NCBI GenBank assembly: GCA_965237955.1
Contig: OZ250169.1
Coordinates: 2,752,001 to 2,816,000 of the forward strand
Direction: 5' to 3'
From: Candidatus Marinacidobacterales bacterium
GTDB taxonomy: Bacteria > Acidobacteriota > Vicinamibacteria > Marinacidobacterales > SMYC01
DNA: 64,000 nucleotides
Shown here: piece after piece, positions 36,000 to 46,432 of the stretch
Numbering within the stretch: position 1 is the stretch's first letter
Layout: every line of letters begins with the position of its first letter
The notes under the pieces: model-generated
Databases searched by the model: none
The model's input: only the letters and a program-made list of their open reading frames with translations
What the model was told of the DNA's origin: nothing
Translations under genes and position numbers: made by a program

Positions 36000-36959
36000 A
36001 TGCTCTGGACAGGATTTCAAAAGCCCAAGCGGCTTGATGTGGATCGCTCTTCCCTGACCAACCACTATGGCCGGTTCTACGCCCAACCTTTCGAACGTGG
36101 TTTCGGAACCACGATCGGAAACGCGCTCCGGCGCGTGCTCCTGTCGTCCATCGAGGGAGCGGCCATCACCGCTGTCAAGATCGAAGGCGTGCTCCACGAG
36201 TTTTCTCCCATTCCGGGCGCGCTCGAGGACACGACCGAGATCATCCTCAACTTGAAACGGGTGCCGTTCAAACTACTGTCGACGGGCCCGAAAACGGTGA
36301 CGCTCCACGCCGAAGGCGAAGGCGTCGTCACCTCGGGTGACCTCGAGCTTCCGTCGGACGTCGAGGTTCTCAACAAAGACCTCGTCATCGCCAACCTGTC
36401 CCCGTCTGGCAAGCTCGGTCTCGAGATGCGTTTGAACGACGGTCGCGGGTACGTGTCCGCGGAGAAGAACTTCGACGACGATCTGACGATCGGCTTCATT
36501 CCGCTCGACTCGGTGCACTCGCCCATCAAGAAGGTCAACTACGTGGTTGAGGCCGCTCGCGTAGGCCAGGCCACCGACTACGACAAGCTGACCCTCGACG
36601 TGTGGACGAACGGCTGCGTGTCGCCGCAGGATGCTGTGGGTCTCGCGTCCAAGCTTCTCAAAGACCACTTGACCATCTTCGTCAACTTCGAAGAGGAGAG
36701 TCCGGTGGACGAAGCGGTGACCGAGACCGCGCGGGACGCCATTGCGGAGCACTTGAACCGCAGTGTCGATGAGCTCGAGCTCTCCGTGCGCTCTTACAAT
36801 TGTCTGAAAAACGCCGATATCAAGACGATCGGCGAGCTGGTGACGAAGACCGAATCGGAGATACTCAAGACCAAGAACTTTGGGCGGAAGTCCTTGAACG
36901 AGATCAAAGAGATCTTGGGCACGATGGGGCTTTCGCTGGGGATGAGAATCGAGTCATGA
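36000..36959 (+). CDS. rpoA: RNA polymerase alpha subunit
   Basis: [38 protein letters not shown]. Confidence 0.98.
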   Translation: MLWTGFQKPKRLDVDRSSLTNHYGRFYAQPFERGFGTTIGNALRRVLLSSIEGAAITAVKIEGVLHEFSPIPGALEDTTEIILNLKRVPFKLLSTGPKTVTLHAEGEGVVTSGDLELPSDVEVLNKDLVIANLSPSGKLGLEMRLNDGRGYVSAEKNFDDDLTIGFIPLDSVHSPIKKVNYVVEAARVGQATDYDKLTLDVWTNGCVSPQDAVGLASKLLKDHLTIFVNFEEESPVDEAVTETARDAIAEHLNRSVDELELSVRSYNCLKNADIKTIGELVTKTESEILKTKNFGRKSLNEIKEILGTMGLSLGMRIES

Positions 36960-37522
36960 GGCATCGCGTCGCTCACCGCAAGCTAAGCCGCACCACCGAG
37001 CACCGGCTCAGCTTGCTCCGCAACATGGCGGCTTCGCTGATCACCCACGAGCGCATACGCACCACCGTGGCGAAGGCCAAGGAACTGCGGCCGTTCGTGG
37101 AGAAGCTGGTCACGTTGGGAAAACGGGACTCCTTGCACGCTCGCCGGAGGGCACTTTCGATCCTTTCCAGCAAAACGGTGGTTCGCCGGCTCTTCAGTGA
37201 CGTCTCCCCGCGCTTTTCCGAGCGTCCGGGCGGGTATACCCGCATCTTGAAGCTTGGTCCGAGGCAGGGCGACGGCGCGCCCATGGCGTTCATCGAGTTT
37301 GTCGACTACGAGTTCAAGGGCGGCGCAGCTCCGGCACCCTCGACCAAGGCGAAGTCCAAGAAGAAGGACGAACCCGTCGAGCCTGTTGAACAAGAGGTTG
37401 AAGAGGTTGCCGACGTAGGGGAGCCCGAAGCCGAGAAGCCCGCCAAGAAGAAAGCAGCAAAGAAGAAAACCACCGCCAAGAAGGCGACCAAGAAAAAGAC
37501 GACAAAGAAGAAATCCAGCTAG
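36956..37522 (+). CDS. rplQ: 50S ribosomal protein L17 with acidic and Lys-rich C-terminal tail
   Basis: MRHR...[16 protein letters not shown]. Confidence 0.96.
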   Translation: MRHRVAHRKLSRTTEHRLSLLRNMAASLITHERIRTTVAKAKELRPFVEKLVTLGKRDSLHARRRALSILSSKTVVRRLFSDVSPRFSERPGGYTRILKLGPRQGDGAPMAFIEFVDYEFKGGAAPAPSTKAKSKKKDEPVEPVEQEVEEVADVGEPEAEKPAKKKAAKKKTTAKKATKKKTTKKKSS

Positions 37523-37557
37523 TTGTTTCAACGGCGAAGTCGCAACCAAAAAAAACA

Positions 37558-37735
37558 AACGCAAAGGCGCCAAGACGCAAAGAAAGGGTCTGCGTTGCGC
37601 CTTGCGGCGCTTGTTTGGGCTCCCTACTTCCGTTTCGGCAGGAAACTTAGAAATCTCAGGAACTTGAGACGGGAGAGAGAAGTCGGCGTCGAAGGCGCTC
37701 CACTTTGCGCCCTTGCGACTCTGCGCCTTTGCGTT
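37558..37735. repeat. Expanded octamer palindromic element (family C) enclosing a degenerate nonamer run
   Basis: AACGCAAAGGCGCCAAG...AAACTTAGA-AATCTCAGG-AACTTGAGA...CGTCGAAGGCG...CTTTGCGTT. Confidence 0.85.
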
Positions 37736-37766
37736 GAGACTATCTTCGCACGGGAGTGCGGCCAGT

Positions 37767-39845
37767 TTAATCCTTAGCTTCTTTTTCCGCTTTCCGCTCC
37801 GCGACGATTTTTGGGATCAAGTGCGTCGGCACCTCTTCGTAATGGGAGAACTCCATGTGGAAGGCGCCACGGCCACCGGTCATCGACGTGAGCGCCGGCT
37901 CGTAGCTGAGCATCTCCGCCATCGGTACCTGGGCTTTGATCGCCGTCGAATTGCCTTTGGTGTCCATCCCCTGGGTGCGGCCCCGCCGTGAGTTGAGATC
38001 GCCCATCACATCGCCGGTGTTGTCGTCGGGCACCGTGATCTCGACGTCCATGATCGGCTCGAGGAGCGTCGGCTTGCACTTTTGCATGGCCTCCTTGAAG
38101 GCCATCGACCCGGCGATCTTGAACGCCATTTCCGACGAATCCACGGCGTGGTGCTTACCGTCGAAAACCGTCGCTTTGAAGCCGACCATCGGATAGCCCG
38201 CCAGGAAGCCTTTCACCCGCTCCTCTTGAATTCCCTTTTCTACTGCAGGGATGAACTGCTTGGGGATGGCGCCGCCGAAGACTTCGTTGCCGAACTCGAA
38301 CTCTGAGCCGCCCTCGACGGGCTCGAACCGGACGTGGCAGTCAGCGAACTGACCGTGACCGCCGGTCTGTTTCTTGTGCCGCGCGTGCGTCTCGGTGCTG
38401 CCTCGAATCGTTTCTTTGTACGGCACTTTCGGCGGATGAAGCTCGACCTCTACGCCGAATTTCTCTTTTAGTCGCGACACCACGACCTCGATGTGCAGCT
38501 GACCGGTACCGGAGAGAAGGAGCTCGCTCTCACGGTGGAAGCGCAACATCAGGTCTTCTTCCGCCAAGCGCTGCAACGCTTGGCTGATCTTCTCTTCGTC
38601 ACCGCGCGACTTGGGCTCGATTGCGAAGCTGATGACCGGCTCGGGAAACTCGATCTTCTTGTAGATGATGGGAGCCGATTTGTCGGCGAGGGTGTCGCCA
38701 GTTTGGCTTTCTTTGAGCTTCGCCACCGATGCGAGGTCGCCGGCGTGCACTTCGTCGACAGGCTGGGACTCCTTGCCTTGCAAAAGCGCGAGACTCGCCA
38801 CCCGTTCCGCCGTGTCTTTTACGGTGTTCTGGTACGAGGAGTCGGGCTTCAGGACGCCGCTCATCACGCGGAACAAGCTGATGCGCCCGGCAAACGGATC
38901 GGCGATCGTCTTGAAGATATATGCCGAAGCGGGCTCGTCCACCGAGATCTTTCGCGTCACTTCGCCGCCACTCGCGTCCAAGCCGGTCACCTCGCCGCGA
39001 GCGTCGGGCGCTGGGCTGAGCGCGACGAGGACGTCCATGAGCGGTCGCACGGCGATGTTTCGCGCTCCCGCGCACGCGAGCACCGGGTAGATACTTCGGG
39101 CGAGGATCGCCTGTTTCAAACCATTGAGAAGCTCGTCCGCTGACAACTCGCCGGCTTCGAAATACTTTTCCATCAACGCGTCATCGACTTCGGCCACCAT
39201 CTCCATGAGCGCACCGCGGGCGGTGTCCGCCTCGTCTTTCATATCCGCCGGAACGTCTTGCTCCTCGAAGCCGCCTTGGTCGTCGCCCTTGAACACGTAC
39301 GCTTTCATCGTGGCGAGGTCGACGACGCCCTTGAAATCCTTCTCCGAGCCGATGGGGAGCTGAATAGGAACCGCGACCCGCCCGAAAGTCTCTCGAACGG
39401 AATCGAGCGAGCGCGAGAAGCTGGAGCGGTCTCGATCGAGTCGATTGATGACTATCATGCGCGCGAGTCCAAACTCGTCGGCGAATTCCCATACCTTCTC
39501 GGTTTGAACCTCGACACCAGCGACGCCGCACACGTTGACGAGAGCGGTATCCGCGACCTGGAGCGCCCCGCGCGCTTCCTGGATGAAGTTGCCGTAGCCC
39601 GGCGTATCGAGAATGTTGATCTTGGTCTTGTTCCACTCGTAGTGAGCCAGTGACGTGGAAAGGCTTATCTGGCGCGAGATTTCGTCCGCGTCGAAATCGG
39701 TGACGGCGTTCCCGTCCTCGACCTTCCCCATGCGATTGACGGCACCCGAGCCGTAGAGCATCGCGGACGTGAGTGAAGTCTTGCCGGAGCCGCCGTGACC
39801 CACGATGGCTACGTTGCGGATACCGGCAGTCTCGTAGATCTTCAT
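37767..39845 (-). CDS. Elongation factor G paralogue (EF-G2/FusA2-like)
   Basis: 692 aa; GHGGSGKT, DTPGYGNF, NRLD, KKQTGGHGQF, HAVDSSEMAF. Confidence 0.92.
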   Translation of the reverse strand: MKIYETAGIRNVAIVGHGGSGKTSLTSAMLYGSGAVNRMGKVEDGNAVTDFDADEISRQISLSTSLAHYEWNKTKINILDTPGYGNFIQEARGALQVADTALVNVCGVAGVEVQTEKVWEFADEFGLARMIVINRLDRDRSSFSRSLDSVRETFGRVAVPIQLPIGSEKDFKGVVDLATMKAYVFKGDDQGGFEEQDVPADMKDEADTARGALMEMVAEVDDALMEKYFEAGELSADELLNGLKQAILARSIYPVLACAGARNIAVRPLMDVLVALSPAPDARGEVTGLDASGGEVTRKISVDEPASAYIFKTIADPFAGRISLFRVMSGVLKPDSSYQNTVKDTAERVASLALLQGKESQPVDEVHAGDLASVAKLKESQTGDTLADKSAPIIYKKIEFPEPVISFAIEPKSRGDEEKISQALQRLAEEDLMLRFHRESELLLSGTGQLHIEVVVSRLKEKFGVEVELHPPKVPYKETIRGSTETHARHKKQTGGHGQFADCHVRFEPVEGGSEFEFGNEVFGGAIPKQFIPAVEKGIQEERVKGFLAGYPMVGFKATVFDGKHHAVDSSEMAFKIAGSMAFKEAMQKCKPTLLEPIMDVEITVPDDNTGDVMGDLNSRRGRTQGMDTKGNSTAIKAQVPMAEMLSYEPALTSMTGGRGAFHMEFSHYEEVPTHLIPKIVAERKAEKEAKD

Positions 39846-40030
39846 CGTGCCTCCGTCGGATGTGAGAGTTGCGGTTGGCTACCCAGCACCCGAGCCGGAC
39901 TCGGGCTCGTCCTCTCAGGACGTGATGATCCCTCTCGGACCTCCTCCAAACAACCACGGGAAGCCGCACCGTGGCGCTCCCCGGTGCAGTGGACACCGGT
40001 GGTTGGCGCCTGAAGGCTCCCGGGACGGGA

Positions 40031-40039
40031 ATTATAGCA
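40031..40039 (-). promoter_or_regulatory. Extended -10 promoter for the EF-G paralogue
   Basis: TGCTATAAT on the minus strand ~185 nt upstream of the ATG. Confidence 0.5.
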
Positions 40040-40072
40040 CCATGCTCGGAAGGGAAGCCATTCAACTATAGT

Positions 40073-40957
40073 ATGGTTACTATCATGCGCGGTTCGGGCC
40101 TCTGGCGGTGGCGGCAGCCCAGCGCCGGACTCGCGTTTACCAGCCGCGCGATCGTGGCATTCAAGAACGGGCGTAAGAACGGGGGTGCACCTCGCTTCGA
40201 AAGAAAAGAGCTGCCCGACGGGCTCGTGGAGGTGTCCGCGACCACACCCAACATTCAGTCGGTGAGGGACCTCGCTCAGATCGCGGTGGCCGTGCTCGAC
40301 GCGGTGGGCGCCCGACGCGAGCGGCTGGCTCTTGCGCTGCCGGATCTCGCGATCACCACAGCGGTGTTTCCCGGCCGCGGCCGAGCTCCCGAGCGTGTGC
40401 TCAAAAAGGAGTTCGCCTCGATGCTGCCCTACTCCGTCGGCGAGGCGCGGTGCGACTTTTGGAGAGGTCGACACGACGAGGTTTTGGCCGCCGCTGTCCG
40501 AGAGATGGTGGCGCTCCAATACGAGCAAATCGTCGAAGCGGTCGAGTGTCGCCTCGCGTGGGTCGACGCCGTGAGCCTCGCCAGAATCCCGAGCTATTCG
40601 ACCCGTCCCTCGCGAAAAGGCGAGCTCGACGTTGATCTGCAGCTCTACGCCGGGCACTATTGCTTGACGGTGTTCCGCGAGGGTGAGCTCGTGGATGCGA
40701 GGACGAAACTGAGGACGGCGGGCGACGTCGAGTTCGTTTGCCGCGAAGTGCTCCGGGTCCCGGCGCTTCACGATAGTGCCGATAGTGATGCCCAAGATTC
40801 GATCGCCTCGCTCTGCCTATTCGGCGCCGACGCGGCTTCCGTCGCCGCGGCTCTCGAAGACTCTTCACGAGTTCGTGCCATTCGAATCGAGACCGATGAT
40901 GAGGACCGTCATCTGGAGTCTTCTCTAGAGACTCTCCTCGCTCGGGGAAGACCCTGA
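40073..40957 (+). CDS. PilM/GspL-like cytoplasmic pilus-assembly protein
   Basis: LALALPD...LPYSVGEARCDF...YEQ pattern; first of three co-oriented genes; weak similarity by eye. Confidence 0.5.
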   Translation: MVTIMRGSGLWRWRQPSAGLAFTSRAIVAFKNGRKNGGAPRFERKELPDGLVEVSATTPNIQSVRDLAQIAVAVLDAVGARRERLALALPDLAITTAVFPGRGRAPERVLKKEFASMLPYSVGEARCDFWRGRHDEVLAAAVREMVALQYEQIVEAVECRLAWVDAVSLARIPSYSTRPSRKGELDVDLQLYAGHYCLTVFREGELVDARTKLRTAGDVEFVCREVLRVPALHDSADSDAQDSIASLCLFGADAASVAAALEDSSRVRAIRIETDDEDRHLESSLETLLARGRP

Positions 40958-40962
40958 GCGTC

Positions 40963-41490
40963 ATGAAGTCCGGAATCTATCTCGGTCCTCCCCTTGGACG
41001 TGCCCGCGGCCTCGGAAGACTTCTCGTTCTGTTCGGGGTGATAGGGACGCTGTTCCACCTCGGTATCTACCTTGGTCAGGTGCGCGAGCTCGATGCGGTT
41101 CGCTCTGATGTTGAGCGGCGCGAAGGTGCCGTCGCGAATGCGTCGTCCCGTGCCGAGGGCGAGCTTGCTGAGGGCGAGCGCGCGGTGCTCGCACGACTTC
41201 GCGCTCTGTCGGAGTCCGGAGCCCCGACGAGCATCCTGACGACGGAGTTGCTGCAGCTTATCGCAAACGCGCTCCCGGACGAGGTCGCGCTCATAGGCGT
41301 CAGCCTCGAGCCGTCCACATCGCCTCCGAGCTTGCTCGTGGAGGCCGTCGTCCGGCGGGAGGAAGATGTCACTGCGCTCGAAAGACGTATGGCCGCCTCG
41401 AGCCGGGTGGCCGCGACCAGGCTACTCGGAGAGCGGAGCGCTCCCGACGGCACGCTCTCGGTACGTTTACAAGTGGACTTGATCCCGTGA
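40963..41490 (+). CDS. PilN-like protein
   Basis: One N-terminal TM, coiled coil, LL..IANALPDEVAL..V motif. Confidence 0.55.
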   Translation: MKSGIYLGPPLGRARGLGRLLVLFGVIGTLFHLGIYLGQVRELDAVRSDVERREGAVANASSRAEGELAEGERAVLARLRALSESGAPTSILTTELLQLIANALPDEVALIGVSLEPSTSPPSLLVEAVVRREEDVTALERRMAASSRVAATRLLGERSAPDGTLSVRLQVDLIP

Positions 41491-41497
41491 AGGCGCC

Positions 41498-42409
41498 ATG
41501 AGAGCGAAGACCATCGTAGTCTTCGGCCTCGTGCTGGTAAATGCCGCACTCGTGATCCTGCGCCAATCCGCGTCTGGCGAACGAGCTGCGCTCGTCGACG
41601 CCGCTTCGACGCTGTCCCGAGAAGCCGACCAGGCGCGACTCTCAACCGAGCGGAGGCGCGAGCTCGACGCGCTCGTCGTGAAAGCGAGATCTTACACCGA
41701 AGATCCACGAGATATCGGCGCGCTCCGAGACGTGCTCGTCGAAGCGGAACACGGTCTCTCGATCGACCGGTTGTCGCTCGATTTCCGTCCCGAGGAGCAG
41801 CTCCCGTCGGAGTTTGGTGGAAGTCGTGTCCACGCGAGCCTCCGGGGTCGATTCGAAGCCATTTACGACTACTTGGAGCGCATCGAAGCGATGGTCCTTC
41901 CGTTGTCGCCGGAGAACTTCACGCTACGGGGGGACGGCTCGAGCGTGACGCTCACGGTGCAGTGGGCGGCCCGCTGGCCGCTCGGGAACGAAGGCGCCTT
42001 CGAGCCGTCGCCAACGGAGGTGTCGAAGTTGAACGAGTGGCTCTCCGAGAAGCCGCGGCCTCGTCCCGAGCGAGATATCTTCTCGTTCCGCGGTGCCGAG
42101 GCGCCCATCGAGGCAGTCCTTTTGACCCAAGCTTCCGAGATTCCCCCTCCCGGGACTCCTCCCGAAGAGCTGGAGCAGGAGGTTGAGCCGGAACGACCTG
42201 TGTTGACCGGATTCGTGCTCGCGCGCCCGGAGCTCGAGCCCGACGTGCGGCGCCGCGTGCTTGCCGCTCTCCGCTACCAGGGCGAAGTGCGTCTCGTTAT
42301 GGTGGGCGATACGATCGGGGGCTACGTGGTCGACCGCATCGAGGCGAGAGACAGCGTTACGCTTACACGGGCGGATACGGGAGAGCGTATTCTTCTGACG
42401 TTCGAATAA
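41498..42409 (+). CDS. PilO/GspM-like protein with extra C-terminal domain
   Basis: TM, coiled coil, LRGRFEAIYDYLERIE; RDIF Pro-rich linker; VGDTIGGYVVDRI. Confidence 0.5.
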   Translation: MRAKTIVVFGLVLVNAALVILRQSASGERAALVDAASTLSREADQARLSTERRRELDALVVKARSYTEDPRDIGALRDVLVEAEHGLSIDRLSLDFRPEEQLPSEFGGSRVHASLRGRFEAIYDYLERIEAMVLPLSPENFTLRGDGSSVTLTVQWAARWPLGNEGAFEPSPTEVSKLNEWLSEKPRPRPERDIFSFRGAEAPIEAVLLTQASEIPPPGTPPEELEQEVEPERPVLTGFVLARPELEPDVRRRVLAALRYQGEVRLVMVGDTIGGYVVDRIEARDSVTLTRADTGERILLTFE

Positions 42410-42435
42410 GAAAATGTTGATGAGCCGAAAAACAT

Positions 42436-42516
42436 AACGCAAAGGCGCCAAGGCGCAAAGTGTTCGGAGTCGCTTTGATTCAACTCGGCTTCTTTGCGCC
42501 CTTGCGCCTTTGCGTT
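42436..42516. repeat. Palindromic octamer element (family C) between convergent genes
   Basis: AACGCAAAGGCGCCAAGGCGCAAAG...CTTTGCGCCCTTGCGCCTTTGCGTT. Confidence 0.9.
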
Positions 42517-42547
42517 TGTTTTTTTGGATCGTCCGGCGAGGCCTTCT

Positions 42548-43219
42548 CTAGAATCGCAAATACCCCGGAGGAATTCCCGCGACTCGGCCTTTGGTTTGGA
42601 GGTCGAGCTTCAATTGATCCTTGCGGCTCTCCATCTGCGCGTTCATCGTTTGCAGCCTCTTCTGCTCGGCGATGAGCTGTTGGGATTCCTGGCCGGTCAT
42701 TTGAGTGTTCGCAGTCCCGGTCCCAGTCTGGGGTGCGACGGGTAGACCGGCGCCGCCGAGAGCTGAGGTGGCTCCGATCTTGGCTTCGAGCTGACGAAGA
42801 CGTTCGTTGTTCTCCGCGATGGCGTTATCGATCTCGCGCACTTGCTGGTCATAGTGACGTCTCATGCGCTGGAACATCTCGAGCTTTTGCTCGAGAGGAA
42901 TGTCGGGCGGAATGCTTTTGGGAACGTCTTCCTCCGTGTACTCCGCTTCCTCGCTGTACTCTTCCCCGTCCTCCGAGCCTGGCCGAGACGGCCCGGAGGC
43001 GGAGCGCGTCGAACCCGTCGTCCCGCCTTCGACTTGGGCTTGGCCCGAGCCGCCCGCCTGCTGGGTGGCCAACTGATCCTCGGAGATGACGAGAGCCTCT
43101 TTGCCTTCCTGCTTGTTTTTCTCCCGCCTCTCTTTTTCCTTCTTGGCAACCTCGGTGAGCGACTGACTCAAGGCCAATCTCGGCAGGAGAACGAGCAAAA
43201 CGAACAGCGTTGATTTCAT
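42548..43219 (-). CDS. Secreted coiled-coil hypothetical protein
   Basis: Signal peptide MKSTLFVLLVLLP, QSL.EVAKKEKERR start, C-terminal GRVAGIPPGYLR. Confidence 0.75.
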   Translation of the reverse strand: MKSTLFVLLVLLPRLALSQSLTEVAKKEKERREKNKQEGKEALVISEDQLATQQAGGSGQAQVEGGTTGSTRSASGPSRPGSEDGEEYSEEAEYTEEDVPKSIPPDIPLEQKLEMFQRMRRHYDQQVREIDNAIAENNERLRQLEAKIGATSALGGAGLPVAPQTGTGTANTQMTGQESQQLIAEQKRLQTMNAQMESRKDQLKLDLQTKGRVAGIPPGYLRF

Positions 43220-43346
43220 CGGTGGACCCTCGAAAAAAGTTGTTTCAGGATTCAACGTCTATTATAGATCGCGATACCACATCTGGCCAAAGACACGCAA
43301 GGTGTTTAAATGCAACGCGTTAAGACCGACGGTTGGGTCCGGGCAA

Positions 43347-43634
43347 CTACAAAGCGTTGCCGAACCCATGCCTCACCTCATACTCGGGAAGGCCGTATGC
43401 GTCTTCGAACATCAGCGTTCGCACCGAGCCGGTTGTGTAGTGCGCGATGTCGCGTCCGGTCATCAAGTAGCCGTAGAGCACGACGATGCAATGTTTGGTT
43501 TTGAAGTCGGACACCGCCGGCACGTTGGTCGCACGCGTGGCAGGAATGAGAGAGCGTTTGAGCGAGCAGTGTCTCGGGAACAGGCCACAAGTCGCAGCGG
43601 CCCCGGCACTCTTCAGGAAATCTCGGCGCTTCAT
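43347..43634 (-). pseudogene. Remnant of a Tat-exported protein
   Basis: MKRRDFLKSAGAAA twin-arginine signal but only ~95 aa. Confidence 0.45.
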
Positions 43635-43858
43635 CGTGTGTGCTTCATTCGGCCATAACCTCCTGACCGAGATGACGTTACCTTGCCTGACGTACTTATC
43701 ACAGCTGTGAGGATCCATCAAAAAGGAGGCCCTTGCGCGTCGTCGTCTAGCGAACTAAAATCAGCGGCTTCGACTCTTGTGGGGTGCCGCCTTCGTTCGG
43801 GGGGCGATGACGGACGGAACTTCGGCGAGGTGCGACCTGAGAAAGGAGCTCTTGAGAG

Positions 43859-45160
43859 ATGGCAGTTTTCGCGGAGCGCATCGCCGCCATGGGTACGGAG
43901 AACGCGTTCAAGATTGGGGAAGATGTAGCGAAAGCCCAAGCACGGGGCGTCGACGTCATCCGCTTCACTCTCGGCGAGCCCAACTTCGATACCGCGGCTC
44001 ATATCAGTCAAGCCGGGATCGACAGCATTCTCGCCGGGAACACGCACTACACCGATCCGGCCGGCATCGAACCGCTCCGGAACGCTGTCGCAGCGCACAT
44101 CGGAAAGACGCGAGGTCTCGACGTCGACCCGGGCCAGGTGATCGTGCTCACCGGCGGGAAGCCGGCGATCGGCTTCTCCATGATGAGCTACGTGAATCCA
44201 GGCGACGAAGTCATCTATCCGAGCCCGGGCTTTCCCATCTACGAATCGTGGGTCACTTACGTGGGCGGAAAGCCGGTGCCTCTGGTGTTGCGGGAGGAGA
44301 ACAACTTCGCGTTCACGCCGGGCGAGCTCGAGCCGATGTTAACAACCCGCACCAAGATCCTCATGCTGTGCTCGCCGTCGAACCCGACCGGGGGCGTGTT
44401 GTCGCGCAAAGTGTTACAAGGCGTCGCCGACGTGGTGCGCCGCAAGGCGCACCCTGATTTGCGAGTGTACTCCGACGAGATCTACGAGCACATCACTTTT
44501 GACGGCTTCGAGCACTTCTCCATTGCTTCGGCGCCGGGAATGAGAGAGCGTACGATCATCGCGAGCGGCCACTCCAAAGGTTTCGCGATGACCGGCTGGC
44601 GTTTGGGCTGGGCCGTCCTCCCCAACAAAGAAGAGGCGTCTTTGTTCAAGCAGCTCAACATCAACACCGTGAGCTGCGTCCCGCCGTTCATTCAGGAAGC
44701 GGCGCGGGAGGCACTCGAAAGCCCGAGCTCGGCCGAAGTCGTGGCCGGCATGGTCTCTGAGTTCAAGAACCGGCGCGACTACGTCGTCCCGGCGCTCAAC
44801 GATATTCCTGGTATTCACTGCAACAAGCCGTTGGGGGCGTTCTACGTATTCCCCAACGTGGGTGGGGCGGTGGCCGTGGTAGGCGCCGAGGATTTCTACA
44901 ACGGACTCTCCGACGAGCAAAAGGCTTGCACGAGCCCTGCGACCCTCTTCCAGCGGTTCCTGATCTACTGTCACGGCGTCGCGCTCGTCGATCGTCGAAG
45001 CTTCGGCGTTTTGAAGAGCGAGGGCCAGCATTTTTTGCGCCTGTCCTACGCTACCGACATGGACAGCATCAAGGAAGGCGTCGCACGCATCCGCAAAGGT
45101 GCGTCCGATTCGGCCGGCTTCGAGAAGTTCACGGCGGATCGCGACGCGCTCGGAGTATGA
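43859..45160 (+). CDS. PLP-dependent aminotransferase class I/II (aspartate aminotransferase-like)
   Basis: LGEPNF, SPSNPTG, SDEIY, SKGFAMTGWRLG, GAFYVF. Confidence 0.93.
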   Translation: MAVFAERIAAMGTENAFKIGEDVAKAQARGVDVIRFTLGEPNFDTAAHISQAGIDSILAGNTHYTDPAGIEPLRNAVAAHIGKTRGLDVDPGQVIVLTGGKPAIGFSMMSYVNPGDEVIYPSPGFPIYESWVTYVGGKPVPLVLREENNFAFTPGELEPMLTTRTKILMLCSPSNPTGGVLSRKVLQGVADVVRRKAHPDLRVYSDEIYEHITFDGFEHFSIASAPGMRERTIIASGHSKGFAMTGWRLGWAVLPNKEEASLFKQLNINTVSCVPPFIQEAAREALESPSSAEVVAGMVSEFKNRRDYVVPALNDIPGIHCNKPLGAFYVFPNVGGAVAVVGAEDFYNGLSDEQKACTSPATLFQRFLIYCHGVALVDRRSFGVLKSEGQHFLRLSYATDMDSIKEGVARIRKGASDSAGFEKFTADRDALGV

Positions 45161-45164
45161 GACT

Positions 45165-46184
45165 GTGAAGATATTTGCGACCCGCCGTATCCCCCAAGCT
45201 GGAATGGATATCCTCGAGCGCGCCGGCACCGTGGAGTTTGGCGTCGAACCAGAGGATGAACTCGTGCCTCGAGAGACGATCGTTTCTGGGGTGAACGGCG
45301 CGGACGTGCTCGTGTCCCTTCTCACCGAACGCATCGACCGCGAGGTGATGGAAGCTGGACCCTCGCTCCGAGGCGTGGCGAACTACGCCGTGGGGTTCAA
45401 CAACATCGATGTCGACGTCGCTACCGAGCTGGGGCTTCCCGTGACCAACACTCCGGGCGTCCTCACCGATACCACGGCCGATCTCGCATGGACCCTTCTC
45501 ATGGCCGCGGCACGCAATGTCGTCCCCGCGGACCGGTATATGCGCGGCGGTAAATACAAAATCTGGGGGCCCAGCTTGTTTCTCGGTGGCGACGTTTCGC
45601 GGGGCGGAGACGGTACGCCGAAGGTTTTGGGCATCGTCGGCTTCGGCCGTATCGGTCAAGCGATGTTCCGTCGCGCCCGTGGCTTCGACATGCGGGTGTT
45701 GGTTTTCGATCCACCGCTCCAGAAGATGATCCGCGAGACCGCAGGCGTCGACTACGCCGAGATGGACCAACTGCTCGAGGAAAGCGATTTCGTATCGATT
45801 CACGCCGATCTGAATCCAGCGACCAAACACCTCATCGGCACACAAGCGCTGAAGAGAATGAAATCGACCGCCTATCTCATCAACACCGCCCGGGGTCCCA
45901 TCGTCGATGAGAAAGCGCTGGTGGTTGGTCTTCGCGACGGTGAGATCGCCGGCGCCGGCCTCGACGTGTTCGAGGACGAGCCCGAGATGGCGCCGGGGCT
46001 TGCCGAGCTCGAAAACGTCGTGATCGTGCCCCACATCGCCTCCGCGAGCCGCGACACCCGCGACAAAATGGCGACGATGTGCGCCGAGAACGCCGTCGCC
46101 CACCTGGGGCTCGAGCGCGCCCCCGACTGCGTCAACCCCGACGTGTACCAGACTGAGGCCTACAGGAAGCGCTCGCGAGTTTAG
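45165..46184 (+). CDS. D-2-hydroxyacid dehydrogenase (glyoxylate reductase/D-glycerate dehydrogenase)
   Basis: AVGFNNID, TNTPGVL, GFGRIG, INTARG, LDVFEDEP, PHIAS. Confidence 0.92.
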   Translation: MKIFATRRIPQAGMDILERAGTVEFGVEPEDELVPRETIVSGVNGADVLVSLLTERIDREVMEAGPSLRGVANYAVGFNNIDVDVATELGLPVTNTPGVLTDTTADLAWTLLMAAARNVVPADRYMRGGKYKIWGPSLFLGGDVSRGGDGTPKVLGIVGFGRIGQAMFRRARGFDMRVLVFDPPLQKMIRETAGVDYAEMDQLLEESDFVSIHADLNPATKHLIGTQALKRMKSTAYLINTARGPIVDEKALVVGLRDGEIAGAGLDVFEDEPEMAPGLAELENVVIVPHIASASRDTRDKMATMCAENAVAHLGLERAPDCVNPDVYQTEAYRKRSRV

Positions 46185-46192
46185 ATGGTGTC

Positions 46193-46266
46193 GCTTCCCG
46201 CTGTCCGCTTCCCGCTTTCCAGTCCACTAAAATCCCCGTGAGACCGGATAGCGGACAGCGGGTAGC
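46193..46266. repeat. Inverted heptamer element (family A)
   Basis: GCTTCCC-GCTGTCC-GCTTCCC-GCTTTCC, spacer, GGATAGC-GGACAGC-GGGTAGC. Confidence 0.85.
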
Positions 46267-46432
46267 CCAGTTCGACAAGCACATCCTCGCGACCAACGGA
46301 GCCTCCGCCCCGCATCTGGCTGCCTGGCACAGGACCATTCTGCCGGTTCGCCCTAACCTTGATACAATATCCGTGCTGGCGTCGGCTTTTCTGTCCGTCT
46401 AGATCTGCGAATAGAACTCTGTTTTAAGGCTC

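Noticed and set aside
46267-46432. Possible small gene or ncRNA upstream of the kinase
   Set aside because: No clear start, motif or stable structure.
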